Shown here piece by piece: positions 45,823 through 57,241 of a stretch of 64,000 nt of DNA. Both the position numbers and the translations under genes were made by a program. The DNA is from Acidimicrobiia bacterium (lineage in GTDB: Bacteria; Actinomycetota; Acidimicrobiia; IMCC26256; JACDBD01). How positions within the stretch are numbered: position 1 is the stretch's first letter; each line of letters begins with the position of its first letter. The stretch spans positions 670 through 64,669 of the forward strand of contig JBPCMN010000069.1 in NCBI GenBank assembly GCA_051002235.1, read 5' to 3'. Below the pieces are notes generated by a model. The model was given only the letters and a program-made list of their open reading frames with translations. It had not been told where the DNA came from and did no database searches.

Positions 45823-45860
45823 GGTCCCGAGCTAGGCGCGCACCACCGCAGTGCAGCAGC

Positions 45861-46259
45861 TCAGCCGGGCGGGGCGAAGAACTCGAGCGCGATGCCGTCC
45901 GGATCCCGGAAGCTCACGCCCGAGCCGTACGGCGCGTCCTTGATCCCGCCGTGTTCGATGCCGAGCTCGTCGAGTCGGCGTGCCCTGTTCTCGAGCTCTG
46001 CGCGGTCCGCGCAGCCGAAGCTGACATGGTCGAGGCCGACCCTGAACTCGCTGAACTTCTCATCGGGCGCAGGTGTCTCGTGCTGGTGCAACCCGATGAG
46101 CGTGCTGTTGCCGATCATGTACACGGTGTGGTGGAAGGCTGGGTCGGTGTCCTCGTCGAGCACGGGCGTTGTATCGAACAGCGCTTCGTACCAGGGAACG
46201 CTGACCGAAAGATCGCGGACGGTGAGCGCCACGTGGGTGAGCGGTGGAAACTCTGCCAT
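45861..46259 (-). CDS. VOC-family (glyoxalase/bleomycin-resistance/dioxygenase fold) protein
   Basis: 132 aa; LTHVALTVRDLSVSVPWYEALF...GLDHVSFGC...GSGVSFRDPDGIALEFF. Confidence 0.8.
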   Translation of the reverse strand: MAEFPPLTHVALTVRDLSVSVPWYEALFDTTPVLDEDTDPAFHHTVYMIGNSTLIGLHQHETPAPDEKFSEFRVGLDHVSFGCADRAELENRARRLDELGIEHGGIKDAPYGSGVSFRDPDGIALEFFAPPG

Positions 46260-46315
46260 GCGTTATCCCCCTTTTGGAGCTGGATCCTATTCCGGGCCAG
46301 AAGAATTGAGCCCGT

Positions 46316-47488
46316 TCATCGCGAGCCAGGCGACGAGGGCCCGCCGGTCGTGGGTTCCCAGGAGTCGGCGACGAGTCCGTCGTACGCGAGTCCCCACGGG
46401 GGTCGGAGGAACCCGAGGGCCCGTACGTCCTCGAACCAGTGGCCGAACGGTGAGTGTCGGGCGAACGTCCCGCCGCCGAGCACGCGGCAGATCCGCAGCA
46501 GGCACGACTCCGCGAGCTGGGCCGCGATCGTCTTGCCGCGCAGCGCAGCGCCCCGGGCGGGATTCCCTGACTCGATCGCACGGAGCATGCCTTCGTAGGC
46601 CTGCTCGGCGGTCCACGCCTCGAGCTCCGCCTGGGCCCATTCCACCTGCTCGTAGGGTCGGAGCGATTCTGCCTTCGGTGCCAGCTGTGCCCGCGCGGCC
46701 GCGGTGGCGGTCTCGAGGATGCCGAGGACCACGGCGGTGAAGAGCGTGCCGATGAACGGGGCGGCGGCGTCGATCAGGTCGTCGAGGTGTCCGGGCCAGG
46801 CGAAGCGTTCGACCGGGCAGTCAGCGAACGCGAGCGCGTGGCTCTGAGTCGCCCGCATTCCGTGACCATCCCATGGAGCCATGAGTGTGATGCCCGCGGA
46901 TCCGTCGAAAGGATTGCCCTCGACAGGGACGTAGAACCAGTCGGCATCTTCCTCGCCGTCGGGCACGGCGGTGGTCACCATGTAGGAGGTGATCCCCGAC
47001 CCGCTCCCGAAGTGCTTCTGTCCGCTCAGCCGCCATGCGTCGGCGTCACGCCGAGCGACGGCTCTCGATCGGTGGACGTCACCGCCGCTCCCCGGCTCCG
47101 AGGTGATCGTGCCCCACCACGCGCCCTGCTCCACACTGTCGAACACCGCGGTGCGCTGACCGCTCCAGTCGCCGGTGTCGAGCTCGGGGACGTGCGGTGT
47201 GGCGAGCCAGAACGAGAGGACGGCGGGATGCATGGCGCAAACGAGTGCGACTGACGAGTCGCCGTGGGCGAGTATCCGGTAGATCTCGCAGATCGATCGT
47301 GTCGACTCCGGAAGGCTGTGCCAGAGACCATCCCGCTCGGCGGGAAGCCCGGCCGTCTGCAGCCCGGCTTCGGCCAGGAGACCGAAGTCCTCCCGGGCGA
47401 GCGTGGTGCGCATCTGGCGTTCGCTCCGGTCGGCCGCGAAGCTCTCGGCCAGCTTCTCCACCGCACGACGGACACTCTCCGCGCTCAT
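46316..47488 (-). CDS. acyl-CoA dehydrogenase-family flavoprotein
   Basis: ATG 47488 (MSAESVRRAVEKLAESF). ACAD-like middle and C-terminal regions (WWGTITSEPGSGGD, RLSGQKHFGSGSGITSY). The ORF-track N-terminal extension to 47848 was rejected. Confidence 0.75.
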   Translation of the reverse strand: MSAESVRRAVEKLAESFAADRSERQMRTTLAREDFGLLAEAGLQTAGLPAERDGLWHSLPESTRSICEIYRILAHGDSSVALVCAMHPAVLSFWLATPHVPELDTGDWSGQRTAVFDSVEQGAWWGTITSEPGSGGDVHRSRAVARRDADAWRLSGQKHFGSGSGITSYMVTTAVPDGEEDADWFYVPVEGNPFDGSAGITLMAPWDGHGMRATQSHALAFADCPVERFAWPGHLDDLIDAAAPFIGTLFTAVVLGILETATAAARAQLAPKAESLRPYEQVEWAQAELEAWTAEQAYEGMLRAIESGNPARGAALRGKTIAAQLAESCLLRICRVLGGGTFARHSPFGHWFEDVRALGFLRPPWGLAYDGLVADSWEPTTGGPSSPGSR

Positions 47489-47546
47489 GGCACCCCCTCT
47501 GCGCCGGTGGGAAGGGTACAAGGTCGTCCCGACTTCATTTTCTTCT

Positions 47547-48470
47547 TCACCGGTCAACGTCGCGATCCGCTTCGGCCAGTTCCCTGAACTCATCGGGGAC
47601 GCCCCGCGCTTCACGGAACACGACGGCCGCGTAGCCGACCGCATCCCGGCCGAACCGGGCACGTACCTCGTCGACGGCCCGGTCCAACGCCCAGCGAGCC
47701 GAGGCAGCCGCCGTGCCCGGGCGGTGCGGTTCGTCGCCGAGGCCGAGAGGCAACTCGAGCTGGAGTGTGGATTCTGCAACCAGGTTGGAGACCGAGATCG
47801 CAAGGAGGGTGATCTCGCGCTCACCGGGATGGTCGGCGAGCGCCGCATTCGCGAGATCGACGCTCAGCTCGGCGAGCGCGAGCGTCGTCGAAACCGCCCA
47901 CGGCAGCGTCACCGACCGCGTGACCGAGCGGAGGCCCGTGAACCGAACCCGGACGGTGATGGTCCGTCCGGCGCGTTCGTTGGCCCGCAGCCTCGTCGCC
48001 ACGCGGTCGGCGAGAAACCCGAGCGCCGCCCGTAGCAGCTGGTCGGTGGCGACGCGACGCCCAAGGGCGGACTGGGCACCCACTGACCGGGTGCGCCGAC
48101 TCGTCTGGATCCGGCGAGGATCAGCGTTGGCCGCGAGTGACCCGAGCTTCGCTCCTGCCGCCTCACCGAGCAGCCGCGGCAATGTTGACGGCGAGATCGA
48201 GGCCAGCTCGCCGATGGTACGGATACCCGTCGCCGCGAGCCGCGCTCCTTGTGACCGGCCCGACGCCCCACAGCAGTTCGACCGGCAACTGTTCCGGTCG
48301 AGACGGAGGTCGAGGCGGGTGACCTCGTCGTGCGCACCGTTGCGGGGCCCCACAGCTACGTCGTCGAGCGCGCCTGACGGCGGGCGCCCAGGACCGCGGG
48401 TAGCGTCACCGGCGAGCGGGAGGGATGCCTTCGGGCGCCTTCGAGCGGAGCAGCGCAAGACAGCGCGATG
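47547..48470 (-). pseudogene. Y-family DNA polymerase (DinB-like), 5'-truncated and frameshifted
   Basis: The HhH and little-finger part is intact in one frame (ARLAATGIRTIGELA...RSVGAQSALG...RTITVRVRFTGLRSVTRSVTL...ITLLAISVSNL). The immediately preceding hallmark LPVELLWGVGPVT is in a different frame, with the shift near 48240-48252. No catalytic N-terminal domain is found in any frame upstream, where the RT gene begins instead. Confidence 0.7.
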
Positions 48471-49796
48471 GTCACATCGATCCCTGGAGGCGGATGCTTG
48501 CGTACCTCCGAGTGCGGCGATGCCGCTTCAAAGCGACCTCCCTCCCGCTCCCTTCTCGATGACGTCGTCACCGATGCACCATGGGTCGCGGTCGTCGACG
48601 GGTTCCGAACCCGACAGCCCCGCCGGCGCGATCGCATCGCCGAGTACGAGGGGCTCCTCGATCGGGGCGAGCATCTCCGGGTCGGCGCCGAGGTTCTCGC
48701 CGGGTGCTACCAGCCGAACCCACCGGCAGAGGGTTGGCTGAACAAGGCTGATGGCCGCAAGAAGCGGCTCTTCCAGTACCAGCCGGTCGACGAGCTGCTC
48801 TTTAGGGTGGTCAACCGTCTGATGCAGCCGGCCGCGGTGGAGAAGGCCTCACCGTGGTGCCGGTCGTTTCTTCCCGGCGGCGGCGCGAGGGCCGCGTTCC
48901 GCAGCGTGCTCGCCGACCCGGATACCGAGCCCAAGGCCGCGCTGCGCCTCGACGTGCGCGACTACTTCAACTCGATCGACGTGCGAGATCTCCTCAGCCG
49001 GCTCCCCGAACCGTTCGCCGAAGGTCCAGTGGGCAGGCTCCTGACCACCGCACTGCTGGACCCGCGGGTGGTGCGATCGGGGCGCATCGTCGACGGCGGC
49101 CGCAAAGGCGTCATGGCCGGAACGCCCATCGCGCCGATGCTCGCCACCCTCTACCTGCGTGACCTCGACCGCGAGATCGCCGCGACCGGTGCAACGTACG
49201 CGCGCTACAGCGACGATATTCTCGTGCTCGCGCCACCCGGTGAGCTCCCGACGGTGGAGCGACTCGTTCGCGATCGCCTCGCGGAGCGCGGCCTGGACGT
49301 CAACGAAGAGAAGTCGGCGTCGACCGCGCCGGGCGAGGCCTGGGACTTCCTCGGCTTCCGTTACGAGGGGGGCGCGATCGGGCTCGCTCCCATCACCGAG
49401 CGGAAACTCAAGGCGAAGACCACCCGCCTCGCCCGCAGCCTGCTCCGCTGGCGGGAACGGAAGGGCGCGTCGTCGACCCGGACGGTTGGCGCGTTCGTCC
49501 GTCGCAGCAACCGGCGCCTCTACGGCGTGCCGGCCGAGCGCGCCGACTTCTCGTGGGCCACGTGGTTCCTCCCGATGCTCGACCTGCCGCAGGGCCTCGA
49601 GGGGCTCGACCACCACCTGCAACGCGAGGCCCGCTACGCCGCGACCGGGCAACGGACGGCCCGCAGCCGCCGGCTCGTGCCGTACTCGGCGTTGATCGAC
49701 GCCGGTTACCTGCCGCTGGTGTCGGCCTTCTGGGCGATGCAGCAAGGGACCGGGGCCTACGACGAACTCGTCTCCCGTCGCACCGGTCTGATCTGA
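48468..49796 (+). CDS. stand-alone reverse transcriptase (RVT_1-type), class undetermined
   Basis: RT motifs appear in order: KADGRKKRLF (1), LRLDVRDYFNSID (3), GVMAGTPIAPMLATLYL (4), YARYSDDILVL (5, YxDD), GLDVNEEKS (6), FLGFRY (7). A ~150-aa C-terminal region follows with no maturase or endonuclease motifs that I recognise. Confidence 0.85.
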   Translation: MVTSIPGGGCLRTSECGDAASKRPPSRSLLDDVVTDAPWVAVVDGFRTRQPRRRDRIAEYEGLLDRGEHLRVGAEVLAGCYQPNPPAEGWLNKADGRKKRLFQYQPVDELLFRVVNRLMQPAAVEKASPWCRSFLPGGGARAAFRSVLADPDTEPKAALRLDVRDYFNSIDVRDLLSRLPEPFAEGPVGRLLTTALLDPRVVRSGRIVDGGRKGVMAGTPIAPMLATLYLRDLDREIAATGATYARYSDDILVLAPPGELPTVERLVRDRLAERGLDVNEEKSASTAPGEAWDFLGFRYEGGAIGLAPITERKLKAKTTRLARSLLRWRERKGASSTRTVGAFVRRSNRRLYGVPAERADFSWATWFLPMLDLPQGLEGLDHHLQREARYAATGQRTARSRRLVPYSALIDAGYLPLVSAFWAMQQGTGAYDELVSRRTGLI

Positions 49797-49814
49797 CGTC
49801 GCGCTGGCAGCCGA

Positions 49815-50372
49815 TCAGCGTCCGAGATGCTCGGCGACGGTGCGGGCGAGACTCGTCTGTTCCCCAGCCTCGAGGCCGGTGATCTCCAGCACAACCCGCG
49901 ACTCGTTGGCGCCGAGGAACACGAGCGACCGTCCGTCGGGGAGCGTGGCGGTGGAGCCACCCGCGACATCGGTCGACGGTGTCGTGCCGCCCGGGGGCTC
50001 CCACGCCTGGTGCTCGGGATACAACTGGTAGAAGAGCGCAGCCGAACGCCCCGCCGTGGCCCACCGTCGCCCCATACCGAAGGGCTCCTCCACGACTTCG
50101 CTCTTGGTGCTACGCGGCACACCGGCGCGGTCCCGCTCGTCGATGGGGAGCACGGCCGCAGGGTCGACGAGACCGCGCTCGCGCCACCCAGGACGCCCGA
50201 GCATGCCGGGCACATACGGCGTGCCGAACCGGGAATCGGTCGACGCCGCGGAGGGTCCGGAGGCTCCGCCCGCAGCTCCTCGCTTCGCCTGCACGTCGGC
50301 CACCGCGTCCCCGGCCAACTCCTTGGCCTGCTCGGCCACTTTCTTGGCCCGATCGAGGAATCCCACGACCAA
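49815..50372 (-). CDS. hypothetical protein
   Basis: 185-aa ORF convergent with the RT gene, with coding-like composition. No family recognised. Confidence 0.45.
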   Translation of the reverse strand: MVVGFLDRAKKVAEQAKELAGDAVADVQAKRGAAGGASGPSAASTDSRFGTPYVPGMLGRPGWRERGLVDPAAVLPIDERDRAGVPRSTKSEVVEEPFGMGRRWATAGRSAALFYQLYPEHQAWEPPGGTTPSTDVAGGSTATLPDGRSLVFLGANESRVVLEITGLEAGEQTSLARTVAEHLGR

Positions 50373-50380
50373 GACGGTAC

Positions 50381-51499
50381 TCAGTCGAGCGGGACCATTC
50401 GAATGTCGTGGGAGTCGGCGTCGGCGGCGAGGAACCGGAGCACGCGCCGGCCCTCGGCGGCGACCGCCGAGGTCGCCCGCTTGGTGAGGCGGCCGAGGCG
50501 GGTCACGACCAGGGTGGCGGCATCCGTGGTCTTGACCCGGTCGATCCGCCAGACGGCGCGCAGCGTGCCGTCGACCAGCACCGACCCGTGGAAGGGGTCA
50601 CCCGTCCCGTAGAGCCGGGGTTGATCGGCATCGAGAAACCGGGACCGGTCGGCGTGCGAGAGCAGCGCGTTGTCGAACTCGGGCAGGAAGCGTGGCGGGG
50701 CCGGCACGTCGGGCTCGGGTCGGGGGGCGTCGGGAAGGTCGACGAGCTCACGACCGGCCTCGTCGTGAAAGACGCGGACGCGAGGTCGGAGGCGCTCCAC
50801 CACCTCCCGCAGGCCGGTGAGGCGTGACCATGTCGTCATGTCGGCCACCGACGCGGGCCCGAACGCGCCGAGGTAGCGCAGCAGCACCTCATCGATCGGC
50901 GGATCCGCCATAGGTCGCCCCAGCCACGACTCGGCGGTCGCCAACGTCACCGGGCCGGCGCGACCCCAGATCCCGCGCGGGGGCACCTGAACGAGCGCGA
51001 GGTGGTTCCGGCAGGCGAATGCCAGCGCGGCGGCGTCGTGCTCGGCGAACCGCTCGGCCAGGGCCGCTCGGAGCTGGGGCGCGGTATGAGGCTGGCGGAG
51101 AATCTCGCGAGCGACGGTCAACACCTCGCCGAGGTCGATGCGCTCGAGGACGGGCGCGTGGTCGCGATGGCGGCGCAGTTCGGCGTCGAGCACCGGCTGC
51201 ACGAGCCGGGGCAGCACCAGGGCATCGTCGGCGGTGACCAGATGGATCGTCCCCCGCATGACGACGGTGCGCACGACCTTTCGATCGAGGATGAGCTCCG
51301 CCAGGTCGTCCGGCCGGAACCGCTCCAGCCGGGACCACAGCCCGAGGTAAGGGTTGAGCGGCACCTGGGCCTGCATGCCGACGAGATGGTGCACGGTGTC
51401 GAGCACGGGCGCGTCGGCACGGCGCAGTAAGAGCTGGCGCTCGAGGGTCGCCCGGTTGAGGGCCCGCCGGCTCAGGACGTCGGTGCTCACGGCGGTCAT
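50381..51499 (-). CDS. winged-helix DNA-binding domain protein (YcaQ/AlkZ-like DNA glycosylase family)
   Basis: LSRRALNRATLERQLLLRR...VHHLVGMQAQVPLNPYLGLWSRLERF...VRTVVMRGTIHLV is typical of the DUF1006/YcaQ family. Confidence 0.75.
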   Translation of the reverse strand: MTAVSTDVLSRRALNRATLERQLLLRRADAPVLDTVHHLVGMQAQVPLNPYLGLWSRLERFRPDDLAELILDRKVVRTVVMRGTIHLVTADDALVLPRLVQPVLDAELRRHRDHAPVLERIDLGEVLTVAREILRQPHTAPQLRAALAERFAEHDAAALAFACRNHLALVQVPPRGIWGRAGPVTLATAESWLGRPMADPPIDEVLLRYLGAFGPASVADMTTWSRLTGLREVVERLRPRVRVFHDEAGRELVDLPDAPRPEPDVPAPPRFLPEFDNALLSHADRSRFLDADQPRLYGTGDPFHGSVLVDGTLRAVWRIDRVKTTDAATLVVTRLGRLTKRATSAVAAEGRRVLRFLAADADSHDIRMVPLD

Positions 51500-51519
51500 G
51501 ATCGTCCTACGCTGGCCGC

Positions 51520-54019
<2,500 letters not shown>

Positions 54020-54027
<8 letters not shown>

Positions 54028-54829
54028 CGACCTCGCGCAGACGTTCGAAGGCGTGGTCGTGCCCGAGGCGACCCCCAGCCCCCGCACGATCCGATTCGCC
54101 ACCCCGACGCTGCACGCCGGGCCCGGGCGCTCGTACGAGTCGGCTGCCGACGCGTCGGCCGATGCCCGGGTGGCCCGTATCTTCGGCGACTTCGAGGAGG
54201 TGACGAACGTCCTCCTCGGCCCCGACTTCGTGGCGGTCACGATCTCGCGTCCGGACCGGTGGGAGACGCTGCTCGCGCCGATCCTGGGCGTCGTCGCGGA
54301 GGAGTTCACCGGCGAAGACGCCGAGGCCGAAGCCGAGCGCGAGCCGCCGGTGACGATGACGCTGACCGTCGGAACCGAGGAAGGTGACGTCCGCGCCCCG
54401 CGCCGGCTCGAGCGGGCCTGGACCGAGCTCGGCGCCCTGCGAGCGGACCGGCCCGAGCACCTCGACCGGGTCCTCGGCGCGACGCGCGACGCCGAACCGG
54501 CGCGACGCCAGGTTGCCGCCGCCCTCCTCACCGACGCGCCGCCGGACGCGGCGGCGCGGGCGTGGGACCGCCTCCTCGGCGACGACAGCCGGGCGGTGCG
54601 GCGCAGCGTCGTCGATGCGATGGCCGGCACCGGGCGGGAGGGGTTGCGACCGCTCCTCGACCGGGCCCTGGATGACGCCGACGCGTGGGTGCGATGGAAG
54701 GCGTTGCGGGGGATCGCCGAGCTCGGGGTGGAACCGAGCCGACCCGTGGTCGAGGAACGAACCGCGGACCCCGACTTCCGCGTGCGCCTCGAAGCTGCCC
54801 GCGTGCTGGCGCGTCACTCGCCCGTGTAG
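54020..54829 (+). CDS. NifU/Nfu N-terminal-like domain protein with C-terminal HEAT-like repeats
   Basis: The N-terminus (PSPRTIRFATP...VARIFGDFEEVTNVLLGPDFVAVTISRPDRWETLLAPI) resembles the Nfu_N scaffold domain. The C-terminus has DADAWVRWKALRGIAELG and DPDFRVRLEAARVLA, which are HEAT-like. Confidence 0.55.
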
Positions 54830-56196
54830 CGGGCCTTCGTGAGCCGACGGCGAACGTCCTCGCCGGCGGCAACCTTCCCCGCGAACTCGTCGAGCCAGGC
54901 GTGGAAGCCGTCGGCGCCGTCGCGGTCGGCGATCGAACGGGGAATGGCGGGGAACTCGTAGTCGGGCGGCATCAGCGGCGGATGATCGTCGGGCGGCTTG
55001 CGGGCGAGCACCGCGTCGATCACGGGCTCGAGCCGCTTCGCCTTCTCGCGGCTCGCCTGCTCGTCGCGCTCCAGGAACTCCGGCAGCACCTCGCGTCCGA
55101 ACAGCTCGAGGCTCTCCATGACGTGCTCGTGGCGGTTCTTGCCCGCCTGGCAGGTGAGGATGACCTGGTCGACGCCGTAGGCCTCGTACCGGCGGAGGTA
55201 GTCGCGCACCTGGTCGGGCGTACCGATCGCGCCGCGCAGCCCTTCGACGCCGCCCTCCACCGCCTTGGCGCCCAGCCGATCGGCGTTGGCGGCCGCGGCC
55301 TGGACCGCGGCGGGGTCGTAGCCGGCCTCGGCGCGCCGGCGCTGGTACTCGCTCCACAGGTCGGTGCGGCCGGGCTGGTGGCGCCCGAAGATGTAGTAGT
55401 GCGCGAGCGAGTAGCCGAAGAAGTTCGCGCCCTCGACGCCGCGCCGCAGCGCCTCGTCCTCGTCGGGATGGCACAGGAAGGTGGTCACGCAGGCGATGTT
55501 GGCGTTCACGGCGTCGCCGATCGGCACGCCCTCGGCGGCCAGGGTCTCGTAGTAGTCGGCGACCCACTGCCGCGCTTCCTCGGGGTCGAGGAAGGCGAAC
55601 GTGAGCGCGCCGATGCCCTTCTGCGCCGCGAGGTGGATGGTGTCGCGGCGGCTGCACGCCACCCACACCGGCGGGTGCGGGCGCTGGTGCGGCTTGGGCA
55701 CGACGTTGCGGGGCGGCATCGTCAAGTACTCGCCCGCGTGCCCGGTGAACGGCTCCTCCGTCATGCACCGCAACGCGACCCGCAGCCCCTCCTCCCACAT
55801 CGCCCGCTTCACCGCGGGCTCGATGCCGAACCCGCCGAGCTCGGCCTCCGACGACGACTCGCCGGTGCCGAACTCGACGCGGCCGTCCGAGAGCAGATCG
55901 AGGGTCGCGATGCGCTCGGCGATCCGGGCGGGGTGGTTGAACGGCGGCGGCATCTGCACGATCCCGTGTCCCAGCCGCAGCCGGGGGCAGCGCTGCGACA
56001 CCGCCGCCAGGAACACCTCGGGGGCGCTGGAGTGGCTGTACTCCTCGAGGAAGTGGTGCTCGACCTCCCAGCAGTACTGGATGCCGAGCGAGTCGGCGAG
56101 CTCGCACTGCTCGAGCGCCTGGTGGAGCACGGCCCGCTCGGCACCGTCCTCCCAGGGTCGGGGAAGCTGGTGCTCGAAGAACAGACCGATCTTCAT
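54814..56196 (-). CDS. LLM-class (luciferase-like) flavin/F420-dependent oxidoreductase
   Basis: ATG 56196 (MKIGLFFEHQLPRPW...). WEVEHHFLEEYSHSSAPEVFLAA and LSDGRVEFGTGES are typical of the LLM family. The ORF-track start at 56655 was rejected. Confidence 0.8.
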   Translation of the reverse strand: MKIGLFFEHQLPRPWEDGAERAVLHQALEQCELADSLGIQYCWEVEHHFLEEYSHSSAPEVFLAAVSQRCPRLRLGHGIVQMPPPFNHPARIAERIATLDLLSDGRVEFGTGESSSEAELGGFGIEPAVKRAMWEEGLRVALRCMTEEPFTGHAGEYLTMPPRNVVPKPHQRPHPPVWVACSRRDTIHLAAQKGIGALTFAFLDPEEARQWVADYYETLAAEGVPIGDAVNANIACVTTFLCHPDEDEALRRGVEGANFFGYSLAHYYIFGRHQPGRTDLWSEYQRRRAEAGYDPAAVQAAAANADRLGAKAVEGGVEGLRGAIGTPDQVRDYLRRYEAYGVDQVILTCQAGKNRHEHVMESLELFGREVLPEFLERDEQASREKAKRLEPVIDAVLARKPPDDHPPLMPPDYEFPAIPRSIADRDGADGFHAWLDEFAGKVAAGEDVRRRLTKARYTGE

Positions 56197-56242
56197 GGTG
56201 ACGCCAAGATACGCATCCCAGCCCCCTACCGCGGAAGAGGTC

Positions 56243-57241
56243 GTGCCGCAGATCCACTTCGTCCCTGACGAACAGTCTGTCGACGTCCGGGGCGAGACCA
56301 CCGTACTGAGGGCGGCCATCGCCGCCGGGCTGCCCCACGCGCACGCCTGCGGGGGCAACGCCCGCTGTTCGACGTGCCGGGTTCTCGTGGTCGAGGGGCT
56401 CGAGCACTGCAGCGATCGCAACGCCCGCGAGACCGCGATCGCCGACCGTCTCCAGTGCGGGCCCGAGATCCGGCTCGCCTGCCAGACCAAGGTCTCCGGC
56501 GACGTCGCGGTGCGGCGGCTCGTCCTCGATCCCGAGGACATCGAGTTGACCGACCTCCGCAAGCGCACCGGCCCGCGCCAGGTGGGCGAGGAACAGGCGG
56601 TGGCGGTGCTGTTCGCCGACATCCGGGGGTTCACGGCGTTCGCCGAGACCCACATGGCCTACGACGTGATCCACATCCTTCGCCGTTTGTTCCGGGACAT
56701 GTCTGAGGTGGTCAGGGCGCACGGCGGGATCGTTACCACCTTCATGGGCGACGGCTTCATGGCGCTCTTCGGGATCGACCATCGGCACGGCGCGGCGGAG
56801 CACGCGGTGCGGGCCGGGCTGGGCATCCTCGCGGTGGCCGACGAGGCGGAATCCTGGCTCGAGGAGCTCGTCGGGCGCGCGCTCGAGATCAACGTGGGCA
56901 TCCACTACGGCGAGGCGGTCGTGGGATCGATCCGCGACACGCCGACGCACGACGTCGTGACCGCCATCGGCGACACGGTGAACCTGGCGAGCCGGATCGA
57001 GGCGGCCAACAAGGTGACCGGGACCCGCCTCCTCGTCTCGGAGACCGCCCTCACTGAACTCGGCGATCAGGCCGAGGTTGGCGGGTCGTTCCGCGTCCCG
57101 CTGCCGGGGAAGGCCGGGCACTACGTCCTCACCGAGGTGACGAGCTGGCGCGGTCCAGCGGCCGGCGACGTGGCTCCGGCACCACCTCTGCGGCGGCCGC
57201 GGGCCCGTCGAGCCCGGTGGCGATTCTTCGGGCGACGATGA
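56243..57241 (+). CDS. 2Fe-2S ferredoxin domain :: class III adenylate/guanylate cyclase fusion
   Basis: GTG 56243 after GGAAGAGG. The plant-type ferredoxin Cys pattern (ACGGNARCSTCRV...LACQT) is followed by the cyclase domain (VAVLFADIRGFTAFAE...FMGDGFMALFG...VGIHYGEAVVG...GDTVNLASRIE). Confidence 0.8.
   Translation: MPQIHFVPDEQSVDVRGETTVLRAAIAAGLPHAHACGGNARCSTCRVLVVEGLEHCSDRNARETAIADRLQCGPEIRLACQTKVSGDVAVRRLVLDPEDIELTDLRKRTGPRQVGEEQAVAVLFADIRGFTAFAETHMAYDVIHILRRLFRDMSEVVRAHGGIVTTFMGDGFMALFGIDHRHGAAEHAVRAGLGILAVADEAESWLEELVGRALEINVGIHYGEAVVGSIRDTPTHDVVTAIGDTVNLASRIEAANKVTGTRLLVSETALTELGDQAEVGGSFRVPLPGKAGHYVLTEVTSWRGPAAGDVAPAPPLRRPRARRARWRFFGRR

Noticed and set aside
46316-47848. 510-aa version of the acyl-CoA dehydrogenase-like ORF, and similar long-start variants (uvrB from 5972, rpsA from 3149, adenosine deaminase within 51866-53743, LLM from 56655).
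   Set aside because: The upstream extensions overlap neighbouring genes, are low-complexity Arg/Pro/Ser-rich and lack homology-like motifs. Internal starts with RBS-like sequences give family-typical lengths.
48468-49796. RT considered as a group II intron IEP, a retron RT or a DGR RT.
   Set aside because: I found no maturase (domain X) or HNH motifs, and no obvious intron domain V-like sequence flanking the gene. There is no retron-type VTG/NAxxH signature and no DGR-type SQ motif or nearby template/variable repeat pair. These negatives come from reading by eye only, so the class is left undetermined.
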